Assembly: GCA_964609395.1 (NCBI GenBank)
Contig: CAZSRU010000003.1
Span: 19,635 to 83,634, forward strand
Length of the DNA stretch: 64,000 nucleotides
From: an uncultured Victivallales bacterium
GTDB lineage: Bacteria > Verrucomicrobiota > Kiritimatiellia > UBA8416
Direction of reading: 5' to 3'
Part shown: piece by piece, positions 1 to 11,028 of the stretch
Layout: each line of letters opens with the position of its first letter
How positions within the stretch are numbered: the stretch's first letter is position 1
Translations under genes and position numbers: made by a program
Notes under the pieces: generated by a model
Seen by the model: only the letters and a program-made list of their open reading frames with translations
Told to the model about the DNA's origin: nothing
The model's database searches: none

Positions 1-2
1 AG

Positions 3-1724
3 CTGCACGACGGCCGGGTACACATGGGCGAGGTGACGCGCCGTGAGAGCTACCAGCCGGCGGCATCGGTGATCGATAGCATGCCGGAGTCTATCCAGGA
101 ACGCGCTCGCGCCGAGGTCGCCGCGACAGACGGCTGGGCCAGGCGGCGGCTGGTGCGTACCGGCAACTACGAGCTTAGCGGCGAGCATTTCGACTGGGTC
201 AGCGATTACGAGGTGGCACGGGATGAGTTCCCGGAATGGGCGCTGGTGATCGAACGGGTGACCTGGGGGCGTTTCTATGGCGAACCGGTGGCTTTCGAGC
301 TAGAGCACCGGCTGGAAAAGGCAACGTATGCGGAAGCCCAGGCCTATGCGGGATTGCTGCATCCGGCTGCGGGTCGTGAGATCCGGTTCCGCGTCGGCGA
401 CGCCTTGCTGCCCCCCGAGGCCGTTGACCAGGCTGCGCAGGTGGATGCCTGTATCGAGATCTGGCGCGATCCGGCTGATGTGTGGCGGCAGTTCAGCCAG
501 TATCACGGGGATGTGCGCAAGCGCCTGGTGCAACGGCAACGCCTGGAGAAAGACGACACGGGCAAGGTCAGTCATCAAAGCGAGGCGGCCCGTCTGGAAT
601 TGCGCGAAGCCGAACTGGCGGCTGAAAAGGCCGGGCAGCGCCATGGCCCGGATTCACCGCGTACGTCCGAGGCCCGCCGCCACCTGGAGGCACAGCGTGT
701 CGCGCAGGCAGCGGTTGACGCTGAAAGCCTGGGTGAGTTCCAGCGGATCCGGGCCGAGATCCACGCCTTGAACCAGGAGAATGAACGCTACCGGATGGTG
801 ATGAAAACCACGTCCACGGCGGCAACGCCGGTCAGCTTGTCGGACATCGTACGGGCATATCCGGCCAACCAGTTGAGCCTGGGCGACAAGATCGGCATCT
901 ATTTCTCTCGCTGGGCCGAGTTCCTGGCCGATGATCCGCGCGAGGCCAACATGGAGGGTGGCGTCTGGCCCGCGATCTTCGGGACGGTCGTCATGACTCT
1001 GATCATGAGCATGCTGGTGGTGCCGTTCGGCGTGCTGGCGGCCCTTTACCTGCGCGAGTATGCCAAGGCCGGCCCCATGATCTCGGCCGTCCGTATCGCC
1101 ATTAACAACCTGGCCGGTGTGCCCTCGATTGTCTTTGGCGTCTTCGGCCTGGGATTCTTCTGCTACCTGGTCGGCGGCACGATCGACCAGCTCTTCTTCG
1201 AGGCCAAGCTGCCGAGCCCGACCTTCGGGACCGGCGGCATCATGTGGGCCTCCTTCACGCTGGCACTGCTGACGCTACCCGTGGTGATCGTGGCCACCGA
1301 GGAGGCGCTTTCCGCCGTGCCGAGTTCCATGCGCGAGGGCTCCTACGCCTGCGGGGCCAGCAAGTGGCAGACGATCAAGCGCATCGTGCTGCCGCGGGCG
1401 ATGCCCGGTATCATGACCGGCATGATCCTGGCCATGGCGCGCGGGGCGGGCGAGGTCGCGCCGCTGATGCTCGTCGGTGCGGTCAAGCTGGCCCCCGAAT
1501 TGCCAATCGATAGCGTGTTCCCGTTCCTGCATCCCGAGCGCAGTTTCATGCACCTTGGCTTCCATATCTTCGACCTGGGGTTCCAGAGCCAGAACAGCGA
1601 AGCCGCCAAGCCGATGGTGTTCACCACCACGCTGCTGCTGATTTCGATTGTTGCCGGATTGAACCTTTTCGCCGTCATGATCCGCAACCGCCTTCGCAAG
1701 CGGTTCCAATCATCGGCATTCTAG
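3..1724 (+). CDS. pstA: Phosphate ABC transporter permease PstA with long N-terminal soluble/coiled-coil domain (5' end runs off the window)
   Basis: C-terminal permease motifs (LAGVPSIVFGVFG, EAL..VP...REGSYACGASKW, ARGAGEVAPL). The frame is open to the window edge upstream of the ATG at 24. Directly followed by pstB. Confidence 0.9.
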   Translation: MHDGRVHMGEVTRRESYQPAASVIDSMPESIQERARAEVAATDGWARRRLVRTGNYELSGEHFDWVSDYEVARDEFPEWALVIERVTWGRFYGEPVAFELEHRLEKATYAEAQAYAGLLHPAAGREIRFRVGDALLPPEAVDQAAQVDACIEIWRDPADVWRQFSQYHGDVRKRLVQRQRLEKDDTGKVSHQSEAARLELREAELAAEKAGQRHGPDSPRTSEARRHLEAQRVAQAAVDAESLGEFQRIRAEIHALNQENERYRMVMKTTSTAATPVSLSDIVRAYPANQLSLGDKIGIYFSRWAEFLADDPREANMEGGVWPAIFGTVVMTLIMSMLVVPFGVLAALYLREYAKAGPMISAVRIAINNLAGVPSIVFGVFGLGFFCYLVGGTIDQLFFEAKLPSPTFGTGGIMWASFTLALLTLPVVIVATEEALSAVPSSMREGSYACGASKWQTIKRIVLPRAMPGIMTGMILAMARGAGEVAPLMLVGAVKLAPELPIDSVFPFLHPERSFMHLGFHIFDLGFQSQNSEAAKPMVFTTTLLLISIVAGLNLFAVMIRNRLRKRFQSSAF

Positions 1725-1742
1725 CTTACGGAGGAGTAATAC

Positions 1743-2627
<885 letters not shown>

Positions 2628-2736
2628 TGACGCGGTGGGAATCGGTATCCTGCAATACCCTGCAATTAAAGCAATCCATTCTTTTTGCCTTCTTTTTGCC
2701 GCAGCGGCGAATTGAACTGGTTATTTCCCTGCTTGC

Positions 2737-2745
2737 TGGTAGAAT
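2737..2745 (+). promoter_or_regulatory. Putative extended -10 promoter element (TGgTAGAAT) for mcsA-mcsB-clpC
   Basis: TGGTAGAAT about 50 nt upstream of the mcsA ATG; sequence match only. Confidence 0.45.
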
Positions 2746-2797
2746 ATCCGCTTTACGTTAAAAGTCCCGGTTGTGCCGAGAATTGCGGAGTGGATGG

Positions 2798-3322
2798 ATG
2801 AAGTGTGAGTTTTGTCATGTACACGAGGCCTGTGTCGAGGTCCAGCAGATCACCGACGGCAGCTTGCGCGAGGTGCATATGTGCGCTGGATGCGCTGCCG
2901 CCAAGGGGCTCAAGTCGCCGGTGGATCTGGCGGGACTGCTGATCAGCGGCGGCCTTTTCCCGCTCGGCGGGGACGAGCCGGATCTGGCGGTTCCCGAAAG
3001 CACGGCGGGCTGCCCGGTCTGCCATATGCGGGAGGCGGATTTCCGCAAGACCTCGCGGCTGGGCTGTGCGCATTGCTACGAGACTTTCGCGGTCCTGTTG
3101 AAGCCGATGCTCGAATCCATGCACCGCGCGACGGTCTATGAGGGCAAGCAGCCGGTGCGCGAGGATGTGCGCGGCGAACTCAACGGCCTGAAGGCCAGCC
3201 TGGCCAGGGCCATCCGCGCGGAGGCCTACGAGGAGGCCGCCGGGCTGCGCGACCGCATCCGGGTGCTGGAACTGGCCGATGCCTGCCTGGATGGCGATAC
3301 GCCGGAAGGGGTGCCGGTATGA
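2798..3322 (+). CDS. mcsA: McsA-like protein (four CxxC motifs plus C-terminal UVR domain)
   Basis: CEFC, CAGC, CPVC, CAHC and YEEAAGLRDRI (UVR motif). Precedes mcsB-clpC. Start moved to the ATG at 2798. Confidence 0.92.
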   Translation: MKCEFCHVHEACVEVQQITDGSLREVHMCAGCAAAKGLKSPVDLAGLLISGGLFPLGGDEPDLAVPESTAGCPVCHMREADFRKTSRLGCAHCYETFAVLLKPMLESMHRATVYEGKQPVREDVRGELNGLKASLARAIRAEAYEEAAGLRDRIRVLELADACLDGDTPEGVPV

Positions 3323-4377
3323 GGGCAGGGATGGAAACAAGGCCGCTTGATCTGCCGGTGGCCAGTGCGGCCGGCAAGGTGGTGGTCAGCAGTCGAATAC
3401 GCCTGGCGCGCAACCTGCACGGCAAGGCGTTCCCCGGCTGGGCCGGTGCGCGGGAGCGTCAACGCGTATTCGAGGCCCTGAGCCAGTTGCTGATGGATGA
3501 GGGGCAGCTTGTGAACCCGGTCCTCTTCCAGATTGATGCGCTTGATCCGCTCGAACGCGATATCCTGCGCGAGCGTCATCTGATCAGTGCGGAACTGGCG
3601 GCAGGGGGGGCCGGGACGGGTTGCGTGCATGACGACGCGACCGGCTTGGTGGCGATGATCAACGAGGAGGATCACCTGCGGTTGCAGGCGCTGCGTCCGG
3701 CGCTCGATCTGGAGGGTGCGTGGCAGGCGCTTACACGGCTGGAAGCGGGTCTGGAAAGGCATGTCGCGTATGCCTTCTCGCCCTCGCTGGGGTATCTGAC
3801 AGCCTGTCCCAGCAACGTGGGCACGGGGATGCGCGCGAGTGTGATGCTGCACCTGCCGGGACTGAAGCTGCTGGGTGAGGTCGATCAGGTGGTGCGCGGG
3901 CTCAACCGCATGGGGCTGGCCGTGCGTGGCGCGTTCGGCGAGGGATCGGAGGCGTCCGGTAGCCTGTTCCAGATCTCGAACCAGGCCACGCTGGGGGTCA
4001 GCGAGGACGGCACCCTGCAGCGGATCGCCGGAGTCGTGCAGACGCTGGTGTCGCTAGAAGGCCAGGCGCGTCAGCGCCTGCGTGAACTGCCGATGCCGCG
4101 ACTGCAGGATCATGTCGGCCGCATTTTCGGGGTGTTCTCGCATGCCGCGATGCTGACGGCCGGCGAGGCGATGGATATCCTCTCGGGGTTGATGCTGGGC
4201 ATCGAATCCGGTATGATAACCGGCACCGATGGCGGCAGCCTTGAGGACATGATGTGGACCGTGCAGCCCGGGCATCTTCAGCGGGAGGCTCGGCGGGCGC
4301 TTTCGGTGCTGGAGCGCGATGTGTTCCGGGCCGGCTATCTTCGCGGGGTTTTGAGTAACGTGCAACGAACAGGATAA
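3319..4377 (+). CDS. mcsB: Protein-arginine kinase McsB
   Basis: SSRIRLARN, NEEDHLR, LTACPSNVGTGMRASVMLHLP, FQISNQATLG. Located between mcsA and clpC. Confidence 0.95.
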   Translation: MRAGMETRPLDLPVASAAGKVVVSSRIRLARNLHGKAFPGWAGARERQRVFEALSQLLMDEGQLVNPVLFQIDALDPLERDILRERHLISAELAAGGAGTGCVHDDATGLVAMINEEDHLRLQALRPALDLEGAWQALTRLEAGLERHVAYAFSPSLGYLTACPSNVGTGMRASVMLHLPGLKLLGEVDQVVRGLNRMGLAVRGAFGEGSEASGSLFQISNQATLGVSEDGTLQRIAGVVQTLVSLEGQARQRLRELPMPRLQDHVGRIFGVFSHAAMLTAGEAMDILSGLMLGIESGMITGTDGGSLEDMMWTVQPGHLQREARRALSVLERDVFRAGYLRGVLSNVQRTG

Positions 4378-4379
4378 AC

Positions 4380-6854
4380 ATGAGCAACTTCAATAATTTC
4401 ACACCGCGCGCGCAGCAGGTGATCAACTTGGCGCGCAAGGAATCGGATCGGTTCAACCACCCTTATATCGGCACGGAGCACCTGCTGCTCGGGCTGATCG
4501 TGCTGGGTGAGGGCGTGGCCGTCACCGTGCTCGAGCGCCTGGGTGTCTCGCTGGAGGCCGTGCGGCTCGAGGTCGAGAGCGCGGTCGGCCAGGGACCGCA
4601 GACCAAGGTCGAGGGCAATGTGCCCTTCACCCCGCGCTCGAAGAAGGTCCTGCAACTGGCGCAGGCCGAGGCTCAGGCACTGAACCACACCTATGTCGGC
4701 ACCGAGCATATCCTGCTCGGGCTGCTGCGCGAGGGGGAAGGGGTCGCGGCACGGGTGCTGATGAACCTGAAAGTGGACATCGAGGCGGCGCGCCGGGAGG
4801 TCATGCGCGAGCTGGACCCCAATTTCGAACCGTCCGAGGCCGATGAGGCTGAAGCGGGCGAGGCGCGGCCCAAGGAGATCAAGACACCGGCTCTGAACGC
4901 TTTCGGACGCGACCTGACGGCGCTGGCGCGCGAAGGCAAGCTCGATCCGGTCATCGGCCGCGAGTCCGAGCTGGAGCGGGTTGTGCAGATCCTGTGCCGC
5001 CGCAGCAAGAATAATCCGGTGCTGCTGGGCGAGGCGGGTGTCGGCAAGACGGCCGTGGTCGAGGGCCTGGCGCAGATCGTCGCGGCGGGCAATGTGCCCG
5101 AGAGCATGCGCGACCGCAAGGTGGTGACGCTGGACATGGCGCTGATGGTCGCGGGCACGAAATACCGCGGGCAGTTCGAGGAGCGCATCAAGGCGGTCAT
5201 GGACGAGATCCGGCGGGCCGGCAACATCATCCTGTTCATCGACGAGCTGCACACGATCGTGGGTGCCGGCTCGGCGGAAGGCACGATGGATGCCTCCAAT
5301 ATCATCAAGCCGGCGCTCTCGCGCGGCGAGCTGCAGTGCGTCGGGGCCACGACGCTCGACGAGTACCGCAAGTACATCGAGAAGGATGCCGCCCTTGAAC
5401 GCCGGTTCCAGACCGTGCGGGTGGAGGCCCCGACGGTCGAGCAGACGATCGCGATCCTGCAGGGACTGCGCTCGCGCTACGAGGAGCATCATGGCGTCCG
5501 TTACGATGACGATGCACTGGTGGCGGCGGCGCGGCTTTCCGACCGCTACCTCTCCGGTCGCCATCTGCCGGACAAGGCGATCGACATCATCGACGAGGCG
5601 GGAGCGCGCGTGCAGATCCTCTCCTCGACCCGCTCGCCCGACCTGCGTGTGCGCGAGGCGGAAATCGAGGCGGTGTGCGCGGCCAAGGAGGCGGCGATCA
5701 AGGGGCAGAAGTTCGAGGAGGCGGCCACGCTGCGCGACCAGGAACGCGTGGAACGCGAGAAGCTCGACGCGACGGTGGAGGAATGGAAAGCCTCGCGCGA
5801 CAATGAGTCCCGGCGCGTAACCGAGGACATCATCATGCAGACGGTCTCGAAATGGACTGGCGTGCCGTTGCAGCGGATGGAAGGGCGGGAACTGGCGCGC
5901 ATGCTCAGCATGGAGAAGGATCTCGAGAAAATGGTGATCGGCCAGCAGGAGGCCGTCAGCGCGATCTCGCGGGCGCTGCGCCGCTCGCGTGCCGACCTGA
6001 AGGATCCACGCCGGCCGATCGGCTCGTTCATCTTCCTCGGACCGACCGGGGTGGGCAAGACGATGCTGGCCAAGTCGCTGTCCGAGTTTGTCTTCGGCGA
6101 CCGCGAGGCGCTGATCCAGATCGACATGTCCGAGTACATGGAGAAGTTCAACGTCTCGCGGCTGATCGGGTCGCCGCCGGGCTACGTGGGGCATGACGAG
6201 GGCGGGCAGTTGACCGAGCGCGTGCGCCGCCGTCCCTATTCGGTGGTTCTGTTCGACGAGGTGGAGAAGGCGCATCCGGATGTCATGCACATGCTGCTGC
6301 AGATCCTGGAGGAGGGGCGGTTGACAGACAGTGTCGGTCGCCAGGTGGACTTCCGCAATACCGTGGTGATCCTGACCACCAATCTAGGCCACGGGAACGG
6401 CACGATGGCCGGTGGTCTCGGGTTCGGTGAGGTCACGGAAAATGCCAATTTCGAGCAGCTTCGCAATCGCATGCTCGAGGCGGCCAAGCGCGCCTTCAAG
6501 CCCGAGTTTCTGAACCGGATCGATGAGCTGATCGTGTTCCGTGAACTGACGCTGGAGAATGTGGAGCAGATCCTGGAACTGGAGCTGGACAAGGTTCGTC
6601 AACGCCTGGCGGGTCGCGGCTGGCAATTGCACCTGCTGAAGGACGCCAAGGCGTTCCTGATGACCAAGGGGTTCAACCGCCAGATGGGTGCGCGACCACT
6701 GCGCCGCGCGATCTCGCGCTATCTCGAGGATCCGCTGGCGGAGGCGATCCTGCGGGGCGAGATCAAGGGCGCCGGCGTGATCAACGTCTCCGAGAAGGAA
6801 GGCGCACTGAAATTCGCGCGGCGCGTAAAAGCAGCAAAGGAACCGGCGGCGTAG
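4380..6854 (+). CDS. clpC: ATP-dependent Clp protease ATP-binding subunit ClpC
   Basis: Double Clp-N repeats ([18 protein letters not shown]), [11 protein letters not shown]-like middle domain, [26 protein letters not shown]. Confidence 0.97.
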   Translation: MSNFNNFTPRAQQVINLARKESDRFNHPYIGTEHLLLGLIVLGEGVAVTVLERLGVSLEAVRLEVESAVGQGPQTKVEGNVPFTPRSKKVLQLAQAEAQALNHTYVGTEHILLGLLREGEGVAARVLMNLKVDIEAARREVMRELDPNFEPSEADEAEAGEARPKEIKTPALNAFGRDLTALAREGKLDPVIGRESELERVVQILCRRSKNNPVLLGEAGVGKTAVVEGLAQIVAAGNVPESMRDRKVVTLDMALMVAGTKYRGQFEERIKAVMDEIRRAGNIILFIDELHTIVGAGSAEGTMDASNIIKPALSRGELQCVGATTLDEYRKYIEKDAALERRFQTVRVEAPTVEQTIAILQGLRSRYEEHHGVRYDDDALVAAARLSDRYLSGRHLPDKAIDIIDEAGARVQILSSTRSPDLRVREAEIEAVCAAKEAAIKGQKFEEAATLRDQERVEREKLDATVEEWKASRDNESRRVTEDIIMQTVSKWTGVPLQRMEGRELARMLSMEKDLEKMVIGQQEAVSAISRALRRSRADLKDPRRPIGSFIFLGPTGVGKTMLAKSLSEFVFGDREALIQIDMSEYMEKFNVSRLIGSPPGYVGHDEGGQLTERVRRRPYSVVLFDEVEKAHPDVMHMLLQILEEGRLTDSVGRQVDFRNTVVILTTNLGHGNGTMAGGLGFGEVTENANFEQLRNRMLEAAKRAFKPEFLNRIDELIVFRELTLENVEQILELELDKVRQRLAGRGWQLHLLKDAKAFLMTKGFNRQMGARPLRRAISRYLEDPLAEAILRGEIKGAGVINVSEKEGALKFARRVKAAKEPAA

Positions 6855-6862
6855 GAAAGACA

Positions 6863-8440
6863 GTGAAACAAAGCACCGATCTCAAGGGTGAATACGCCGA
6901 TTACCTGAGCGACGAATCCCGCCGTACGGGTTGCGCGGACGCGATCATGTTCGCGGAGTGCGAAGCCGATATCGTGGAAGTCCTGCGGCAGGCCGCGGAG
7001 GAGGGGACGCCGGTCACGGTCCAGAGCGGCTTGACCGGGATCACCGGCGGCGCGACGCCCGATGGTGGCTGTATACTCAATGTCAGCCGCATGTCCCGTG
7101 TCCTCGGCATGCGCCATGACCCGGCGGCGGATCGCTACTTCGTGCGGGTGCAGCCGGGATTCACGCTCAAGGCGCTGCACGAGGCCCTCGTGCACGGCGG
7201 CGACTTCGATACGGCGGGCTGGAACGTGGAGTCGCTGGATACGCTGGCGCGCTATCGTCAGGGCACTCCACACGTCTTCCCGCCGGATCTGACCGAGGCG
7301 GGGGCCTGTCTGGCTGGTGTGGTGGCCAATAACGGTTCCGGTGCCCGCACCTTCCGCTATGGCCCCGCGCGCCCGCATGTGTCCGCCCTGCGCGTGGTGC
7401 TGCCGGGAGGCGAGGTGCTGGCGCTCCATCGCGGGGACCATTTCGCACAGGGGCGTGAATTTCATTTTGAATCCGCATCAGGCCGCACATACAGTGGCCG
7501 CTTGCCGACCTACCACATGCCTACAGTCAAGAACGCGGCAGGCATCTATGCCGCCGATGACATGGACCTGATTGATTTGTTCATCGGCTCCGAGGGTGTG
7601 CTGGGCGTTTTTGCCGAACTCGAACTGGCACTGACCCCGCTACCGGCCGTCGCCTGGGGGATGACGGCCTTCCTGCCCTCCGAGGAGGCGGCTCTGACGC
7701 TGGTGGAGCGGGTGCGCGATGACCGGCAGGGGCATGTAGCCGCGATCGAGTTCTTCAGCGCGGAGGCACTGGACCTGCTGCGTGGGCAGCGGGCTGGCAA
7801 TCCGGCGTTTGCCGCGCTGCCGGAGCTGAAGCCGCATTGGCATACCGCTGTCTATGTCGAGTTGCACGGCGACACCGAAGCGGCGGTCGAGCAGGCGATG
7901 ACAGGTCTTTGCGAGGTCTTGGCCGATAGCGGCGGGGATGCCGATGACACATGGCTGGCCACCAGCGCGCGCGCGATCGAGACGTTCAAGGGCGTGCGCC
8001 ATGCGGTGCCCGAGGCGGTGAACCTGCTGATCGGCGAGCGCAAGCGGCAGTATCCGGAGTTGACCAAGCTGGGGACCGATCTGGCGGTACCGGATGCCTG
8101 CCTGCGCACGGTGATGCGGATGTACCATGACGACCTGCGCGCGGCGGGGCTCGAGTATGTGATCTTCGGTCATATCGGCAACAATCATCTGCATGTCAAC
8201 ATCCTGCCGGCGAACCCCGACGACTATCTGCGCGGCAAGGTGCTTTATCTCGACTGGGCGCGTCGTGTCGTCGCCATGGGCGGGACGGTCTCGGCCGAGC
8301 ACGGCATCGGCAAGCTCAAGACGGCGATGCTGGAGATCATGTACGGACCGGAAGCCATCGGGCAGATGCGCGCCGTCAAACGCGTGTTCGATCCACAGAT
8401 GCTGCTCAACCGCGGTACGCTTTTTCCGTATACCGCCTGA
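6863..8440 (+). CDS. FAD-linked oxidoreductase (GlcD/D-lactate dehydrogenase family)
   Basis: QSGLTGITGGATP, FIGSEGVLG, FGHIGNNHLHVNI, SAEHGIGKLK, DPQMLLNRG. Confidence 0.88.
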   Translation: MKQSTDLKGEYADYLSDESRRTGCADAIMFAECEADIVEVLRQAAEEGTPVTVQSGLTGITGGATPDGGCILNVSRMSRVLGMRHDPAADRYFVRVQPGFTLKALHEALVHGGDFDTAGWNVESLDTLARYRQGTPHVFPPDLTEAGACLAGVVANNGSGARTFRYGPARPHVSALRVVLPGGEVLALHRGDHFAQGREFHFESASGRTYSGRLPTYHMPTVKNAAGIYAADDMDLIDLFIGSEGVLGVFAELELALTPLPAVAWGMTAFLPSEEAALTLVERVRDDRQGHVAAIEFFSAEALDLLRGQRAGNPAFAALPELKPHWHTAVYVELHGDTEAAVEQAMTGLCEVLADSGGDADDTWLATSARAIETFKGVRHAVPEAVNLLIGERKRQYPELTKLGTDLAVPDACLRTVMRMYHDDLRAAGLEYVIFGHIGNNHLHVNILPANPDDYLRGKVLYLDWARRVVAMGGTVSAEHGIGKLKTAMLEIMYGPEAIGQMRAVKRVFDPQMLLNRGTLFPYTA

Positions 8441-8453
8441 ATAGGAGGGAACA

Positions 8454-9284
8454 ATGCCGGAACTGCCGGAAGTGGAAACCGTGGTCAGGGGGTTGCGCGA
8501 GGCGGGCGTGTGCGGGCACCGTATCCGCGGTGTGCGCGTGTCCTGGGAGCGGACGCTCTCCGGACTTTCCACGGCGGACTTTACCGCCGGTGTCCGCAAC
8601 CGCCGGATCGAGGCGATCGAGCGGCGGGCCAAATATATCGTCATCCGGCTGCAGTCGGCCTGCTGGCTGCTGGTTCACCTGCGCATGACCGGCAGCCTGA
8701 GTGTCAAGTCTGCCGAAGAACCGCGCGATGCCGCTGAGCGTGCCGCCCTGATCCTGGACGATGGCCGCGAGATCCGCTTCCGCGATACCCGCAAGTTCGG
8801 CCGCTGGATGCTGACCGATGCACCCGACGTGGTACTGGGGCGACTGGGACCGGAGCCGCTTTCTGATGCGTTCACGGCGGCGGTGTTGCGATCAGCCATG
8901 CAGTCGCACAACCGCATGCTCAAGCCCCTGCTGCTGGACCAGCACGTATTAGCCGGACTCGGTAACATCTATGTCGATGAGGCACTCTGGGATGCCCGGC
9001 TGCATCCCTGCCGCCTGTCGCGGTCGCTATCGGCGGCCGACTGCCGTCGCCTGCATGGGTCGATCCGCCGGGTGCTGCAACGCGGCGTGGACGGGATGGG
9101 CACGACCCTCGGGGATGGCATGACCAATTTCTACAGCGTGGCCGGACGGCGCGGCCGCAACCAGGATGCACTCAATGTCTTCCGTCGCCACGGTGAAGCC
9201 TGCCCCCGCTGCGAAGGCACCCTCGAGCGCATCACCGTCGCCCAGCGCAGCACCCACCTCTGCCCGTGCTGCCAGCAGCCATGA
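8454..9284 (+). CDS. mutM: Formamidopyrimidine-DNA glycosylase
   Basis: MPELPEVETV start, HLRMTG, DTRKFG, GLGNIYVDE, C-terminal Zn finger CPRC...CPCCQ. Confidence 0.97.
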   Translation: MPELPEVETVVRGLREAGVCGHRIRGVRVSWERTLSGLSTADFTAGVRNRRIEAIERRAKYIVIRLQSACWLLVHLRMTGSLSVKSAEEPRDAAERAALILDDGREIRFRDTRKFGRWMLTDAPDVVLGRLGPEPLSDAFTAAVLRSAMQSHNRMLKPLLLDQHVLAGLGNIYVDEALWDARLHPCRLSRSLSAADCRRLHGSIRRVLQRGVDGMGTTLGDGMTNFYSVAGRRGRNQDALNVFRRHGEACPRCEGTLERITVAQRSTHLCPCCQQP

Positions 9285-9291
9285 TTGGGGC

Positions 9292-9398
9292 CGAGGGAAT
9301 CGAGGGAATCGAAAAATTCGACGAGGGGACGTCATTCCCGGCGGCGTAGCCGCCTCGATGACAAAATCGATTCTCTCGATTCTTTTCGATTCCCTCGA
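9292..9398. repeat. Nested inverted repeat built of ~9-nt units (CGAGGGAAT) around an inner GGCGGC-GTA-GCCGCC hairpin
   Basis: Left arm 9292-9321 (cgagggaat x2, cgaaaaatt cga). Right arm 9367-9398 (tcgattctc tcgattcttt tcgattccc tcga). Inner gtcat..ggcggc gta gccgcc..atgac at 9331-9362. Lies between convergent mutM and parA. Confidence 0.8.
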
Positions 9399-9428
9399 TC
9401 AATTGCCGTCGCTGGCTCACCCCGCCTG

Positions 9429-10223
9429 CTATACCGCCACCGGGTGCTCGGCCAGCTCGCGGGCGATGACTTCCTTGGCCAGTTCGCGGTAGGCGATCGA
9501 GCCGGTGCAGTGCGGATCGTACTGGATTACCGGGCGTCCGAAGCTGGGGGCCTCGCTGAGACGGATGTTGCGCGGGATGACCGTCTTGTAGACCTTTTCG
9601 CCGAAGTGGCTCTTGACCTCCGCCACGACATCCGGCGAGAGGCGTGTGCGGGCATCGTACATCGTCATCACGATCCCCTGGATGTCGATCATCGGGTTGG
9701 CGCGGCCCTCGCGGAGCTGCTTGATGATATGGGCGATCACGCTCAAGCCCTCCAGCGCGTAGTATTCGCACTGGATCGGCAGCAGCAGGCTGTTGGCCGC
9801 CGTCAGGGCGTTCATGGTCAGCACGCCGAGCGAGGGCGGGCAGTCGATGATGATGAAATCGTAGCCGCCGCCGCGCACGAGCGGCGCGATGGCCATGTTC
9901 AACCCGTGCAGGTAGCCATCCATGCGGGCGACATCGATCTCGGCACCTGCCAAGTCCAGTTCCGAGGGGATGATGTCGACGTTCTCGGCGACGGTCTTCT
10001 GGACGAGCCCGTGGACGGCGCGCTCGCGCAGCAGCACGCGGTAGAGGCTGGTACCGGTCTGGCGGGGCAGGCCCAGCCCGCTGGTGGAGTTGGCCTGCGG
10101 GTCAAGGTCGATCACCAGGACCCGTTTCCCCAGCTCGCCGAGGCAGGCGGCCAGGTTGATGACGGTCGTGGTTTTGCCGACACCGCCTTTCTGGTTCGCG
10201 ACCGCTAGAATGCGTGTTGCCAT
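9429..10223 (-). CDS. parA: ParA/Soj family ATPase
   Basis: VANQKGGVGKTTT, IDLDPQANST, IIDCPPSLG, EYYALEGL, IPRNIRLSEAPSFG. Start taken at MATRIL (10223). Confidence 0.93.
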   Translation of the reverse strand: MATRILAVANQKGGVGKTTTVINLAACLGELGKRVLVIDLDPQANSTSGLGLPRQTGTSLYRVLLRERAVHGLVQKTVAENVDIIPSELDLAGAEIDVARMDGYLHGLNMAIAPLVRGGGYDFIIIDCPPSLGVLTMNALTAANSLLLPIQCEYYALEGLSVIAHIIKQLREGRANPMIDIQGIVMTMYDARTRLSPDVVAEVKSHFGEKVYKTVIPRNIRLSEAPSFGRPVIQYDPHCTGSIAYRELAKEVIARELAEHPVAV

Positions 10224-10252
10224 GATACTGACTCCTGAGGGGGGAAAAGGGT

Positions 10253-10960
10253 TCAATCCTTGGCGTGGGCCTTGACGAGGGCAAAGAAGCGGTCCTCGTA
10301 TTCATGGAAAAGCCCCATGTTGTTGAGCCGAGCCCCGAGCTCCTTGATCTGCGAGGGGTCGCGGTTGGCAGCCTTGAAGGCGGCGTCAATGTCGTTGCGC
10401 ACGCCGCGCGGGACACCGCGTTCCTGCTCGAAGAGCTTGCGGTTCTGCATCTCGCGGATGTTGAACAGCGCGGAAGACTGGATCACTTCCCAGAACAGCC
10501 GCACCAGGCAGACATCCCAGGGATCATCCACGCCAACGACCACCGCGCTCATCGGGTCATTGGCGGCGGCAACGGCCTTTTTTACCCGTTCGACAACGGG
10601 TTCCAGCGCGTCGGTGACGAGATTCTCACGGTAGGATTCCTGCTTGAGGCGGTAGCCATACTGCAGCACGCGGATGTCCTGCTCGTGCTCGCGCAGCCAT
10701 TCGACATACTGGCGCGCCTCGTCGCCGAAGCCTTCCATGGCGGTCTGGGCGTAGGCGTCGGGGGTGATGATCTGCGGGCGGCCAGCCTCGAGTTTGCCCT
10801 CGCGGACGCGGATCTTGCCGGTATCATCCATCAGCTCGCTGATCAGATGGTAGTTCACAATCGTATTGCCGAAAGTCTCCAGGTGGCGCGAGGGCATCAC
10901 CTTGACATCCGTATTATTGACGGCATACCAGAAATTAAAGGAATCGTGCTCTTTTGACAT
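10253..10960 (-). CDS. Hypothetical protein, uncharacterised
   Basis: Clean 235-aa ORF from MSKEHDSF with protein-like composition. It lies directly upstream of, and co-oriented with, parA. No recognisable catalytic motif. Confidence 0.75.
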   Translation of the reverse strand: MSKEHDSFNFWYAVNNTDVKVMPSRHLETFGNTIVNYHLISELMDDTGKIRVREGKLEAGRPQIITPDAYAQTAMEGFGDEARQYVEWLREHEQDIRVLQYGYRLKQESYRENLVTDALEPVVERVKKAVAAANDPMSAVVVGVDDPWDVCLVRLFWEVIQSSALFNIREMQNRKLFEQERGVPRGVRNDIDAAFKAANRDPSQIKELGARLNNMGLFHEYEDRFFALVKAHAKD

Positions 10961-11028
10961 GATCGGGCGAGTATGCCGCATTTTAGCCCGCGTGAGAAGT
11001 CTTTTTCATCCCGCGCGCAAAATTGTCA

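Noticed and set aside
2679-2700. CtsR box or Pho box upstream of mcsA
   Set aside because: The repeat (GGCAAAAAGAA on the minus strand, period 11) matches neither RGTCAAA-NAN-RGTCAAA nor CTGTCAT well. It is kept only as an unexplained direct repeat.
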